A stretch of 61,555 bases of DNA, counting the filler, from Choristocarpus tenellus KU-1152 (lineage: Eukaryota > Protista > Phaeophyceae), in the NCBI GenBank assembly GCA_964200185.2. It is 8 parts of 8 records of this genome, joined end to end, with 100 filler letters (N's around TTAATTAATTAA, not from the genome) between each part and the next. Parts side by side here need not be neighbours in the genome. Positions count along the whole stretch, not along the records: positions 10,331 to 19,497 come from CAXNAD020003923.1; positions 19,598 to 24,189 come from CAXNAD020013875.1; positions 24,290 to 27,808 come from CAXNAD020019486.1; positions 27,909 to 32,360 come from CAXNAD020014486.1; 4 more parts are not named here. The stretch is one strand, 5' to 3'. Shown one piece after another: positions 15,101 to 29,173 of the stretch (positions within the stretch are counted from its first letter, which is position 1; every line of letters begins with the position of its first letter). Made by a program: the position numbers and the translations under genes. The notes below the pieces were generated by a model. That model was not told where the DNA came from. It saw only the letters and a list, made by a program, of their open reading frames with translations, and did not search any database.

Positions 15101-17933
15101 ATGTATGTGCGCACTTTTCCTTGTCATAACCTAAAGAAAATGGAAATACACCTTTGGTCCAAAACACGTTCTGTCAACTCTTCCGAAAATATATACTAGA
15201 ATATGTATGGTGCCCCACCGCTTGTCTCTCTTTTTTTTCTGTGGTAGACAATCTTTGCTATAATCAACTACACTACCATAACCCACTACGTTTCGGAATA
15301 TTTGTAATACAACGACCAGCATGGAACCACAAAGATAATGTGTATATGACAGAAGTTAACGTAAAACAAGACACACAATAAAGTATGAAAGAGCCAAATC
15401 AATTGAGAGACAGGCAGGTTTACCCCTTTATTCTATGCAGTACACTTTATTTCGCTGGATTGTTTACACATTAGTGTACACAAAAAACATATATTCCCCC
15501 TTTCGACATACATGATAGAGTGACATCACAATCCAGCAAAGGTTCTTTCTCCAAATAAATGTACAAAATTACATACTTTTACTCTTTCTCACGATCCTTC
15601 AAATGTAGACGTGCCTACTTCTCAGTTGGTTTGACTCCGCCCACAAGGCCAAGTAGTAGCAGTAGTAGCGGTAGTAGCAGTAGTAGTAGTAGATACTCTG
15701 AGGTAAACCGTCTAGGAGGGGGGTCGGGTCGATTTTGGCCCTTTTCACCTGTAATGACTTTTTGAACTTTGTGCAATATATGTTATGCCCACGCCTGAAA
15801 TATAGTCGACCCCTGTTAGGAGGGTGAAACTGTCTTGCAAAGGTAAATATTATCTGCGAACACATAATTGTTAGCCGGAATTACTCAAAACACATGTACT
15901 CCATGGGGCACTCATTGGGACTCTTAAAATCCATCTGACAACCCCCTCTTAAATGGTAGCACTCTCTCATCCCACACCTACTGTTGAAAGGACGTGGCCT
16001 GCCTCGAGAATGAAAGACCTCCTTTGATTTGTACCTTGTGGTACTTGACAATGACAGTAAAAAACACCCAACATGCACATATATGCACATGTGGGTCCAT
16101 AAATTGAAAGCAGCACATCAAACCAACCATCACGGTAGCATGGATATTGATCAAACCTCCCACTCCAACACACAAGCAGCATAATGATGATCTGGGGCAT
16201 AACAGAGTAACTATAGACTTTTCCATGACTCTGCAAGTCCACTTCTCCCCATCAGAACACGATCATTAGCTTAACCCCCCCCCCTCCTTCGATCACAGAC
16301 ATGTTGACTTGCTAGAAAGAGAAAAAAACAGATTCCTGGTTAGTGATGCCACACACCCCTAAAAGAAACTCTATCAAATCATGACATGTGGATCAATGAT
16401 GAATTCCCCCTGCTCTTTCTACCTCCACGGTTGTTTGTGGTTGCGGTGTAGATACGTAGTCATGGGTGCCACTGCAAGAGTCACATGCTGAGCTGGAAGT
16501 GCATGTAGAACAAAATGAATAAATCGACCTCTTCCTGTACTCTTCATTTACTCTCTATGTATACAATATTGCATTGCAAAGCCAACTATCCCGCATAATT
16601 ACACTACACGTAGGTTTTTCTCTGCCTTCAACCCCTTACCGAGACAAAACAAAGTCATCACAGATAGAAAATAGATGGAGACCGTGACAAAAAGGGAAAC
16701 TGGTCAGCCTCAATGGTGACAAGATTGTGATGTCAATGATGAACACAATCCAAGAGTGTTTCCCGCAGTTTACCCTCCCATCCGTTTTTTGTCTATTTAG
16801 TGCTTGGAGCAATTCACACTTACACAAGCCTTAATACAATAAAGTACTAATGATACCATTTTAATTCCTTCTGGTTATATGTTGTACCATTACCGATGAT
16901 AGTTCAATGGTCTATTGTGCCATATTTTAGTCACACCAGATAACAAAACATTGTATAGCAATATTGATGCTACTGGTACATCCCTTCCATTGGTACACAG
17001 AAATAGTGGATGCACCACAGGAATGAAGGCAACACCTTCACCTCACACACTCACGTCTGCCTCATTTTCCATTGGCACATTCGCCAATCTCTCAATATCA
17101 TATCACTTTCTCCACTCCACTGCTTTCTTGCTCACCCATCTATGCAATATGCCATGAACAACAAAACATTCATGCATTACATATACACAAATATGTGTAT
17201 TAGCACGATACATAGACAATTCCACAATCTATATCACCACTCACTTTAAAATGTGAGTAGCATAAGCCTACACTCCAGAGCAAATCACATGCTACATTTG
17301 TTGCAACTATAAAGAATTGCCAACAATCACGTAATTGTAAAAATTATCCGTCGTGTCACAGTGAAGGACAGATAAGGAGATTAGGATCTTGCCTATTCTC
17401 AACTAGATCTCCACTTGATCAGCTGTAAATACGATAAAAAAAAACATAAAACACCTTCCATATATTCCTCCTTCATGTCTACTAAAATAACCAGTCCAGT
17501 TCACCATGCAATTTCAGATTGACAAACAGATCTTTGCACTGACGCAAGAACCTCCTCCATGATATTTGGCTGCCATGCTTGGACCATACATGTTACAGCA
17601 CAAGGTCAAACTGAATTCAACACATACATTCGCTCAATTTTTTTTTTTTTTTTGCAATCACCCGCCTCACATTGCAAAATCTTGCCCTTCTTGTCGTCAA
17701 AGGGGGTAAATTAGGATGGACGGGTGCGACAGAGGCTCGCATATCACAAATTGTCTTGGTCATAAAATAGGACGGCAGATAACAGAAAAAATAACCTTGT
17801 GCAACTTAACTGCTTTCTATCACCCACAACATGGCCAGTGGGAGGGGGGGAGGGGAAAGGGGCAGAACAAGACCAAATCCAATTGGTTTTCACACTCATT
17901 TTTCCTTGCACTACTCTCCTGTAGTTCCCGGCA

Positions 17934-18182
17934 TCAAATTGAACCATACGCGGTGACTGCACCCTGGAATCTTTGCATGCCCTCCTTGCTGTGAGTAGCA
18001 CAGAACCGTGCTTGGAGTTCTCCAGGGAAGCAAAACTTCGGAACCTTGGTGCATCTTGAGTTGTGGCAACATCGGCTGCGAATATCCACCATTCCTCCCT
18101 CTCTGTGTTGAAGGCAACGGGTGGGTTTCCTATCGCCCTCAAAGCCAAAGATGGGCAAATCTTTGCAGTTAGCCTCCTTACA
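17934..18182 (-). CDS. Exon encoding two EsV-1-7 cysteine-rich repeats (partial gene)
   Basis: Polypyrimidine tract + AG, then CKEANCKDLPIFGFEGDRKPTRCLQHREGGMVDIRSRCCHNSRCTKVPKFCFPGELQARFCATHSKEGM, the C-x4-C-x3-P-x-F...C-x2-H-x3-GM pattern of EsV-1-7. Confidence 0.82.
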   Translation of the reverse strand, partial: CKEANCKDLPIFGFEGDRKPTRCLQHREGGMVDIRSRCCHNSRCTKVPKFCFPGELQARFCATHSKEGMQRFQGAVTAYGSI

Positions 18183-19412
18183 CTTTGGGGAGGAAGATGA
18201 GAAAAGTGGGGAGAGGGAGAAAAGAATGACACAGTTCTCCACTCAAATGCAACCATACATGCAACGCACAATGAACGAGAGATATCAACACTGAGGGGGT
18301 GGGGGGTATTGTTGTATGGCTAGTGTATCCTATCAAAATATTATTGGAAAATATACATACAGGCTTTTTTTTTAATGAATCGGAGTTCTTCAACTGCACA
18401 GAAATGTCAAGGGGTCAAAGAGTGCACACTCTGTCGTAGCTGAATTCACCGTTCCAGGTGTATGGTGACAATCTACCATTCAAAAGCAATAAAGTGGAGA
18501 AGGCTTGGAAGATGGAAAAACAACTATCATTCAGGAACATCGAAGAACATTCAGTATGCAGTTCATCTTTCGAATTTGCATTAGCACTGTCCATATATAT
18601 CCACGGCACTAGTAGTCTAAAACCTACTAAAATATATCAAGAAGATCAGACTTCATTAATAACTGACAAGCTTATTGCAGTGTGAAAGGTAACATGATCA
18701 ACCATGACATGGTTGAAACAAGATGGAGACTCAATGTACGTGTGTATAGTTCGCACATAGACAAATTGAACGTATGTTAACGTTTACACGTCCAGGAGTC
18801 TTTCGATTAGGAGGGAACACCAAGAGACTAACCAAATGATCAATGTCAATATTTGAGATACCACTCTTCTGACAGGGCAGACAGTTGAGCCATAAACCGA
18901 TCAGTGAACCAATGGAATTATTGGAGTTTGACAAGAAATAGATGTTGAGGGATCAAATCCTTCTGGGACCGGTTTTCCAACTCCCCATCCCAAGTCCAGT
19001 AGTGAGGAATTTTCTAGGTACTCTAATTTGCACTCTCTTTCCTCCAGTACTGTGAAAGTAGCAATTCAATCGGTGCAATTTGACTATTTCTGTTCCTATC
19101 ATCTGAAGCAGAACTGGGATAAACGAAATCAGATTTCCATGTAAGGTCTGGTGTCCATGATGGGCTCAAACTCGCGAAATCTACGCAGGAAACACCCTTC
19201 TTTATTCTCATACACAAAGCAGGATCGCGGCTCTTTGCATGTATACCTTGAGGAACAAAAAATATAATTCAGTAGCAATGTAGTATGGAGTATTAACACT
19301 CATTATTAAAGACGCAGGTCACCTGGCAACACATCAGGTGAACAAACGATTGATGTATTACCGAGAGTTGAACTTCGGTTTGTCATTTCCCACTTACTGT
19401 AATCAACCTCCA

Positions 19413-19497
19413 GGGTCAAAGTATCTGAGGGGGAGGTGTCGGCGTCCGTTTTTCATCCTTTTTTGATTTTCACTTTTTTGGTGTAATTTGGTCGCAC
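19413..19497. mobile_element. MITE family C end (truncated by contig end)
   Basis: GGGTCAAAGTATCTGAGGGGGAGGTGTCGGCGTCCGTTTTT. Confidence 0.75.
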
Positions 19498-19597
19498 NNN
19501 NNNNNNNNNNNNNNNNNNNNNNNNNNNNNNNNNNNNNNNNNTTAATTAATTAANNNNNNNNNNNNNNNNNNNNNNNNNNNNNNNNNNNNNNNNNNNN

Positions 19598-19665
19598 CAA
19601 AAATCGCGACATGAAAAAATTGACCCCAAATGGACAGTCGCCACCCCCCCCAGATACTTTGGGCC
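19598..19665. mobile_element. MITE family A end (truncated by contig start)
   Basis: GACCCCAAATGGACAGTCGCCA-polyC-AGATACTTTGGGCC. Confidence 0.8.
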
Positions 19666-20175
19666 ATATTTTATCATTTTATGCGTCATCACTTATGGGT
19701 TGCACCACACCCCAGTGGTACAACCGACTTAAGCTTCAAACAAACATTAGTGGAAATAGGAATGGAGTTCAGTTGCTATTAAAATAGTTCACAAAAGTAT
19801 GTTTTCCTTTCCAGAAGAACTGCACTATTGCTAATACCGAGGTTGTAGAGAGAAAAAGTGAGCTGCTGCACAAGAGAGCCACTATTATTTTAACAGATGC
19901 AACAACGATATAGAGAAGGGTGGGTAACTGGCATGCTGTGGGGGGATATTACTCCCATTGCGAAAAATCAAAGCTGTGCCTTTAGACCACGCACAGGTCA
20001 GACAACAGCTCAAACTGAGTTCAAGAAAGCTACCCCTCTCCGTCTCGGCTGATGTCAGCCTACGTTTCAAGCACGCAGTGAATTAGCACCCTTTAATATT
20101 TGGGCTTTCTACAATAGTTTCTAATGATGTCTAGTGTTTAGGTTCCTCCATTAAGGACCTTTCATGGCTCATCTA

Positions 20176-21422
20176 CTAATCACTATCTTTGGGTGTGATA
20201 TAGTAGGGCTGACTCCTTGTGTGGCTGTGTACACCATCAGCTTCTCCCAGCAGGACACCCTCCACGACAACTTCTAGATTGTGCCTGCTTACTATTAATA
20301 CTGTACGCACATAATTTGATCTATGACAACTAGGGATCATGGACTCGTGGTGGTTGTGGTGCATATATTTTCACCCAACCTGTGGCATGTAGATACGGCT
20401 TGATGTTTACTGTATAATGTATGGTGTAAGGGGGGTTCACTGAATAGTGAACTATGATAGGGGCAAAGATGGCAGAGGGGACGGATGTGAAGGCAACCAA
20501 GCAAAAATAGATTAGAGATTTTCTCAATGATTGTACAAACAATATGCATGTACACAGTACCCTCACTTAATCTTTCACCCCCTAGTCCATTTTAGTCATG
20601 GGTACAGCGATGTATTACTCTGATGACTTTTGATTGCCACAACTCCAGGCCCTATCACTAATTTCTAGTACCCTGTCTTGTCTTCTTGTTATATGTCGTT
20701 TTATGCATAATCTTCACGATCAACCACCCACAAATAGATTGAATCACTAGAGAAGGGTTCAATTCATGACAAAGAACGATCCATATGATACAACCTCGTA
20801 TTTTGTGCTCATTACGGAATGAAGTAAAACGTTCAAATGCCTTCATGGTCTTCACTATCTTAGCTCACATTATTAATCTGTAACAATGGTCCTTCAATAT
20901 GCATCCTAAGCTAGCACTGGGTGGTGGCAAAGCTCCAAGTAAGGGTGGGGATGAAAACGAAGTACATGATGAACATAGACACTTAACCCATGTGCGGTTT
21001 GTTCAACGGTTGGCAGAAGAGAAGAAAGTGAATAGCACCGAGGAACACACAGGACGGTCCAAGCTTGCTCTCAAGAGGTCGGCAGTCTGACAACACTAAG
21101 AAGGAAGAGAGAGGGAGAGAGAGAGAGAAAGAGAGAGTTCTGCAAGTTTCACTTTATTAACTTACCCCTCAGTGCAAACAAATCAGCAGAAAAGACACAA
21201 ATACGGCTGTCAATATCAGTGATGAGCAGAGGGCATTACAAGTCTGACCCTGTGATGCTTCACTGCTTCCCCTTCCCCAGCTCCATCTGATATAAAGCTA
21301 GACCCACCCACAGTGCTAGAAGAGTGGTTTGATTGACTGCTTCCTTTGTGGTTTGATGACTGCTCAGCCTCTTCCACCGGACCATACTGCCCATCCCATG
21401 GGACAGTGGGTATTTCCTCTCC
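20176..21422 (-). CDS. Probable exons of an unidentified gene
   Basis: AG-bounded frames GEEIPTVPWDGQYGPVEEAEQ...KHHR (about 21422-21249, donor GTCAGA) and HNLEVVVEGVLLGEADGVHSHTRSQPYYITPKDSD* (about 20284-20176). Connection between them not verified. Confidence 0.35.
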
Positions 21423-24400
21423 TGCCTAATCTCAGCACAATGGCACCAACCACACAAACGGAAATAGGCAGAGAGCAACAATTGAGGTGGATCGAGGGAG
21501 CAGGAGAGACAGGAATTTGGGTATCCATGTAAAACTTATCCTTCCCGCTGGGTTAATTGGCCCATTCACCCTACAATAAAAACAGAATGGACACGATGAG
21601 GATTGTGCGCCTTCAACTGGCAATATTTTCCCCTTTCTCGCAATTGACAGTTACACTCTATTGCCTAACATATCCATCAAGGCATATTGTTATGCAATCT
21701 GTGTTTCTTTTTCTTTTCTGTAGATTGATTCATATACTCTGGAGTACTATGTAGTACTCTGGAAAATATTTTGTAAACTGTGGATACTTAAGACCCAAAA
21801 TAAACAAAAGGTACCCAAGGTTGCATTTTAAGAATTGTAACAAATTTGCAAAATTTGGTTTACTGTACAAGTGTAAGTGTGTACAGAAACGTTCTCTCAA
21901 TCAAGTCTGAAGGGTTTTTTGAACAAGATAGAATCAACGCTCTCAAGTCAATCTGAGCATTTCATTAATAGAAATAGGGGCGAATTTCAAAAGATAACAA
22001 AAGTGGCTTAAAATACAAAACGACCAATACCTGGATACTTCTCGCTTACTTTGGCTCTAACTATGATCCACATCCACACGAAGTCTCCACCATTCTAAAT
22101 AAAAAAGAGATAGGCTTACAAATGCCCCCCACCTAATAGCTACTGTAGGGTGTGGGTGCTCGCTCTTGAAGAAGTTTGGATGTGGAGGAAGTACCAACAA
22201 AGGCATTGATCACACTATCAATATTACTTTTCTAATACCTCAAACTCGACTTTTGTACCACTTTGGCATAAATTGTACCACTTCGACTTTTGTACCACAA
22301 CATACTCCCGAACTATTCCAAAATATGTTTGCATGTCCCCTGCGGTTCAGATAAAAACATTGGAGCTCGATGCACATGAGCAGTGTCAATGCAATGACCT
22401 TTCTCCTAATAGACATCAATACTGAAAATACACCACAGCACGCAAGGCAGTCGTGGGCTTTGGTATCAAAATTGCCAAGCACAGCAAAACTTTGCAACTT
22501 TTCACAAAAGATGCAAGTGCAATCAAGATTCCTCTGTTGTAGCCCATGCGACATTGCTTGCGAATGACCTGGTTGTCACCAACGTGGAGAGGACATGGGC
22601 CCAAGTAGGATCAACACAGGGCCCAAGTGAGTATGAACAACATGGGGAAACTTCGCCTCTATTTTGAAAAAACTCGAAGAAAAGGGCTGCAAAACAATAA
22701 ACAACAACTATCTGTGGATTGCACTCCATCTATTTGAAGGGGGGCATAGTAAAAGGAAATAGCTTTAGTACCCCGGGTTCTGAACAGGACAATTTAGAGA
22801 TAACACAAGTTTATACTTATAAATAGATCATGTGAACCTTCCCTCCTCCCCCCCTTGCAAATGACAAACCTTATATCACCACTCTCCGACACCCCCCGAA
22901 AACTTAATCCATCTCTCTCCAAATAGTACTTGGATATATGGATGTTTTCAAACAGAATTGGCGCCACGTGGAAGGACTCCTCTGTCTCGACAATACCAAG
23001 GAGAGGTTCTTCATCCAATCAAACACAGCGTGGATTTTGTTCATCACCTTATCACTGTAGTACCAGGCTAACCAGTTCCTATCGATCCAGTCCCGACGGC
23101 GAGGACGGTACATGACCCACTGTGCAACCTGCAACCACCACCAACAACAACCGATGCATAGAGGCGCAGCATGATGAAAATACATGGGTCCGCTAAACAG
23201 TGGAACGAGTCAAGTACCAAGTACCAGTAATCGCCAAGGTGGTGAACTACATCGTGGGTCTTTTGAACCTTTTCATGGATGGGTGTCTGGGTGAGTGAAC
23301 TGGTGTCTGGACTGAGGAATTACAACCAAAGGGGAGAAAAGGAAAAGACTGTGTCCAGACCTTGGCCGACATTCGCTCTATTGCCCCCATCCACCGTTTC
23401 CTTTTCTTATCATCCCTAGTTCCTGTTAGCTTGTCCCGCCATTGCTTGTCTCGGGCATCCACGATATCCGCAATGCAAGGAGGGGTTTCTAGCCCCCACA
23501 GGTTCCGGTACAGCTTTAAAAGAACAACAAACGTCAGTGTCTCATCAAATCTCATCAAAAGGGGTGACGTAGGGGTTGCTGGGGATTGTGCCATGGGGTT
23601 TGTGCCTCCTATGAAACTGAATACTTGGATAGTGTGTATGTGAGGCCTAGAGCGCTTTCCCATGTACTACCAATAGATAGAGGCAATGATCAAGACATAC
23701 TCTGTAGTAGTGTCAAGGACGGGGTTGCATTCCGGTGATCAATAGCAACACTAAAGGTTGGTGGTGTCCAAGAAAATATGCAACGAGGGCTACTGGGTAA
23801 CAAAACACACAGAAAGGGTGAAGGGGTGGGGTCTTCAAGGAGGAAGGAGAATGGGTCTATGAAGCAGCGGGGAGGGAGGAGTAGTGACATTATTCACCAT
23901 ATCACCCTTTAAAATCCGACATAATCCCGGGCTGGGATTAATGACAAGGGTTGAAATTAGTAATTTTGGGAAGAGATGGATGGATTACTAATTACAATCC
24001 ATTTGCCCAAGGAAAAAAAGGAGGTTACATGGTGCAAGTCTCCTCCTTACCTCACATCTCTCGATCAGTTCATCGCTATATCACAAGGGGGACTGCCCTC
24101 ATACAACTCTAACCTCATCAGACCCCTCCCCGCCCCCCCCCCCCCACCCCGGCCCGACACGTCTGGACGTCTCGATACCAGGAGCATCCNNNNNNNNNNN
24201 NNNNNNNNNNNNNNNNNNNNNNNNNNNNNNNNNTTAATTAATTAANNNNNNNNNNNNNNNNNNNNNNNNNNNNNNNNNNNNNNNNNNNNCTCACATCAAC
24301 CACAAAAAAAAAAAAAAGAAAAACATAAATTTTTTTTTTTATTGTGTCGCCCCCCCCCCCCCCCCCCAGATACTTCGACCCACATTCTTGGGGGGAAAAA

Positions 24401-25670
24401 TAAAAAAAAGGGAATACAATATGTACCCTGTTACCCTCCTTGGGGGGGTCAAAATAAGGTACAAGAAAATCCCGTAAAACAGGAATAAATCAGGCATCGA
24501 CATAGCCCCTTCACAATGAACATGGCTGGACCCCCTTTTATCAGGTACCAAAGAGGGTGCAGGTGTATTCCAGACTCTTCAACTAAAGGACAGAAGTCCA
24601 TCAATAACAAGATCTAAAACAAAAGAAAAAAAAAGGCCTGTTTCTAGAATAACCAAAAACAACAAAAAACAGACTACATTCTCAAAATAAAATAAAATAA
24701 AATACACTGTGTACCAAATACTACCCCCTGGGAGTACCTGCACTAATCCCGAGACACCCTTCCTCAGTGGGAACAAGGGAGCACCGAAAGAAGAGAGACC
24801 TTTCTCATCGAGAAAATGCTTGGAAATATCCTACAGAACAATAATATCAATTTTCTTCTGATGATCGTATTCTACAGAACAATAAAAAATAATAAAATTA
24901 TTCTATTGTGCATTGCACCAAAAGAAGAGTTTGTTTGAATAGCCACAAGAAAGACCGTTGTCCAATGCATGTAACAGAATACACTGATGGGGCAGCCAAC
25001 AGGTAAGATGGTTGGGTAACAGAATCAGACAGAAAATGTGTTGTTGGCAAGGATGGCCTTCCCTCTGGTGGGTGAGCTACCTCCTCCCATCCCCCCTCTC
25101 TCCACCCTACCCTTCCAAGACACAATCTAACACAGCTAAATAGAACAAATTATATACACACATATATATTAACTGTGCCTGGCAACTCTTATGAATGCTG
25201 GCGGGGGGGTATGTTGACTATCTGAGCACAACTTTTGATCTCATAACCCAACTCACAACTTCATTTTACCGTACCATTTTTTGGCACATGCAGATGCAAG
25301 TACCCTAAGTTGTCAGGCTATTGTCCCATCATGCAAATTCTAAGAGGGGTACAAAAACACAAGACATACTGTGCATAGAGCAACACATAGACAAACAACA
25401 CACACACACACACACAACAGTTCCTGCACCAATCACACTGACAATATAGGATGCATTTGCCCTTCTCCACCTTGGAAGGGATTAACCTAAGCATCCAATA
25501 TGTGAAATGAAACACACACAAAAAAGTCAACCACAGTCATATAGTGGCTCTCTTTTACCTCCTATTCCCGTTACAACTCCCCCCCTTCCCATACACCCAA
25601 AACCCTTTTCACCACCTTGCTCCACCACTACAACCCCCACCCTGTACCTGTTTTCAACTGTGATGATCAC

Positions 25671-27182
25671 CTCCCCCTTCCCTGCATCAACATCAATCTG
25701 AATGGGTGAGCTCTCCACCCCCCCAGGTGTCAGCACATCTCCGGCCTCCTGCCTTGCCACCAGCTCTGACATGGCCACATAGGTGTCCCCACCGGAGGCC
25801 GTTCTGCTTGAAGCTCGAACTATATCCTCACACACCTGTCAACACAATAACATAAGATAGTGGTCACACAATCAGTGTACGAAATAGAAAGGGGGGAGGG
25901 GGGAGGGGGGAATAGACCACTGCCACTACAACCAAGGGCCTCTTCCCAGTGCGTTCCATCAACCAAAACCTGAAACATTTCCAACTCCTACTGAAAAAAA
26001 ATAGGAGAAAAGACAACACGGTATGACCACAAGACACATACCACCAACGGTATAACGACCTGGAAACATACCGCCAATTGTGTCTCACATCGTCACACGT
26101 ACCTCACCGAGGGTACTAGGGACTAGGGAAGACAAGCGCAATTCTAATCGAGTCATATGGAGTGCCTTTGTGGAGCAATAGGAGACCGGTCCTTGTACTC
26201 CCCTCATCAATGGGTGCAGCCACACTGAGATGCGTTGAATCTACCCCCAATGAATGAATTTATCCAGACTGTGTTCTTCACCTCAGTATCCCACACAAAA
26301 CACACAAGGCACTCGACCTTCCTGCCGCCATGTGCGACGCAATCGCATCAAACCGGTACCACACAAGAAAAACGCTTCATTACACTGAAAACCTTCAATC
26401 GAGGATTAGAGGGCGTCCTGTCGCAGTACTTGCACCACTATTGTTGCAAACACGTTAACACATTTCTTCTTCTTATCAAGGGCAGCTAGCATGACCCTGC
26501 CATGTCGAAACAGTCAACAGCCATAGACTGACTGTGCTGTAACACATACTGCTCTGGACCTGCCTGTAGCCTGACCATGTTGAAGCAATTAAAGACCCAA
26601 GAACAAGATTATTTAAAACCAGATCAGCCTCGTGAAGATGGGTGGGGACGGCGAAGTTGAATCGTGTCAAGCTGACCCCATTTTGATCCCAAATAAATGT
26701 GGGAATAAAATATTCCTATATATACATACATATATACATACATACACACATACACACATATGTATGCCTCCGGCCACCTTTTACCACATCACCATGGCAA
26801 GATTAATTGGGATCAGAATGCGTCTTGCAGGCGAAATCCAGATGTCCTGTTGTCAGAAGTTCAAATACATGCATACGGTTACGGCTGTAGGATTGTTCTT
26901 CTCAGGCTACACGTCACTGATTCAAATCCCGATTCGCTCCAATTCTAAAACGCCTTCAATATATATATGTATATATTTAAAGGAAGCAGCGTTCTTGCCC
27001 ATAATGTTCCTTGCTTGCCGTCACACGCCCGTTCTTGTACCAAAAAAAAGGTTCTACATACCCCCACAGGCCGCACTCGCCTTGTTCATGAGCTGCTCAT
27101 CATCAACCACTAAGTTTCCCACTAACCCTCGCAGTGTGTCCAAGAGCTCCTTCAAGTTGCCCTTGAACAGACGACCATTCAC
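25671..27182 (-). CDS. Three internal exons of an unidentified protein
   Basis: 27182-27062 (VNGRLFKGNLKELLDTLRGLVGN...), 26559-26501 (PEQYVLQHSQSMAVDCFDM, GC donor) and 25835-25671 (VCEDIVRASSRTASGGDTY...) join in phase. Confidence 0.6.
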
Positions 27183-27908
27183 CTATAATAGCACAAGCCC
27201 ATAGGCATAGAGGTCAAGTAGGGAGGGAGGGGAATGGGGGGGGGAAGGCAGGTTGTAAGGGTTACACCAGATCAGTCACGACCCCAATTTTTTGAAAAAA
27301 ATATAAGCGTTAACAGTACTACACCCTATACCCCCCAACCCTACCACAAACAATTTAACCAACTCTTACTATTAATACATACTGCTACTACATATTTTCG
27401 AGATCCTAAGGTTAAAAACGCTGCTTGCTATGCAGATCATTTCTGAGACACACAAAAAAACAAACAGCTGTTCTCCACAGAATCCCCACAACTACTGTGA
27501 CTACAACACCGGAATTTGCTTGTCTGGACATATCTCATCATGACCATGACCATCATTTCATCAAGGAAACCACTGACAGTATGACTGATTCAACCACTTA
27601 GCACTCCAACGTCTCCTTATGTACATACATCGCACACAATGCTCCTAACCAACACATCCCCACACTTTCTCACGCACACCTCTTGATCACCTCATACTTG
27701 CAAATTTCTGCAATCAGCCTCCCTGCCAAAACCCCAAGATTTGAAAAAAAAAAACCACCCCCCCCCCCAAAAAAACACCACAGACAGGAAGTGAAACAAA
27801 ACAAACCCNNNNNNNNNNNNNNNNNNNNNNNNNNNNNNNNNNNNNNNNNNNNTTAATTAATTAANNNNNNNNNNNNNNNNNNNNNNNNNNNNNNNNNNNN
27901 NNNNNNNN

Positions 27909-29170
27909 GGATTTTTAAGAGGCTACTGAATACTCTAGGGGGGAAGGGCAAGGGTGTGACAATAATGGAGATCTTGATCAAGCAATGTCAAGGTGCCACC
28001 TTCACCATCAAGGGTACTGAGGTTGTGGTATCCCTTCAAGACTTCAAAACTGTAACTGTAGCCATTAGAAATACGGCAAAGATATATTGTTGAAAGAGCT
28101 GGAGAGCAGTTTCTGTGAGGTTATTTTGAAGCGTTTGATTTTTAGAGCCACAGAGTCTCCCGGAAGAAAAAGAAGGGAAGCACTTGTTGGCAGATAATCT
28201 AAAGACAACATCGAGGAGCTTGCTTACTACCATGGTATCACATCACTCCTGTCGGCAACTCCCCCCTCTGTGGATGGGTATGGCTTAAAACGTGAGGATG
28301 CCAGTGCGTAGTGCCTCATGTACAAGGTTCGAAACCGACCAAGGTTTAAATGATTTTTTGAGGCTACCAAACCCCAGCGTGGAGGTTGTTGCACCAGGGA
28401 GGTTTAGAAGATCACCAGGAGCGTTGAAGAATAATTACATAGCAGACAGAGCGGAGCCGGAGGAGTGGTGTTTCTGTGACTTTGTGCTTCGAACTTTGGC
28501 ATACGATAGAGAAGGGGTGTGTAAAGTGGACTACCCTGATATGGTCAATCAATCCAACGAAGATCTATGTAGTCATGCCTCACCCTTCCGTACATTGTGT
28601 GCTTGGGTTTTCATGTATGGACACCCAAAAAATCAAGAGCTGCAATTCACTCTCTATTTTCTGTTTAGAGACCACATACGAATGTTGCTTGCTCGCTGCC
28701 ACAAAACCAAGAATTTCAGGACGGAGGCGGAGGTAGAGGAACTCATTTTGAGTGTACTATTCACAATTGGAATTGTGCTCGCTCTTGAGCATTGATGCAT
28801 AAAGGTCAGCATCTGATTGCAAGTACAAAACAGTAGTGGCAACCGAGCCTGTAAGGAGGGTGGGCAAACCTTATCTCTGCGAAAGTTGCAAATAATACTC
28901 AATGGAATAACCATATTTGTGTATGAGATGTGAAATTCTAGTGCAGAGTAGTCCAGAGAGTACTGATACAAAGGAGATCGTAGTGTTGTGAGTTTATTCT
29001 CACACGCACTGCAAACTTGACGGCAAGGCTGTATGACTGCGAACCCAAAATGAGCAAACGTCTGATGTAAGCCGAACAAATATCAGCTCAAACCTCGGTT
29101 TTAGACCAGGTTAAGTTCTTTCCGTGGTTGGTTGTGTGACTGAGCTCACCATCAAAGTGTTAGGAAGAAC
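27909..29170 (+). pseudogene. Degraded intronless coding region of unknown type (TE- or virus-derived)
   Basis: Protein-like frames broken by stops and frameshifts; 167-aa open segment at 28292-28795; PYLCESC...PYLCMRC CxxC pair near 28870-28930. Confidence 0.4.
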
Positions 29171-29173
29171 TTT

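Noticed and set aside
26632-27204. 190-aa plus-strand ORF
   Set aside because: Spans microsatellite and intron sequence and is antisense to a better-supported exon.
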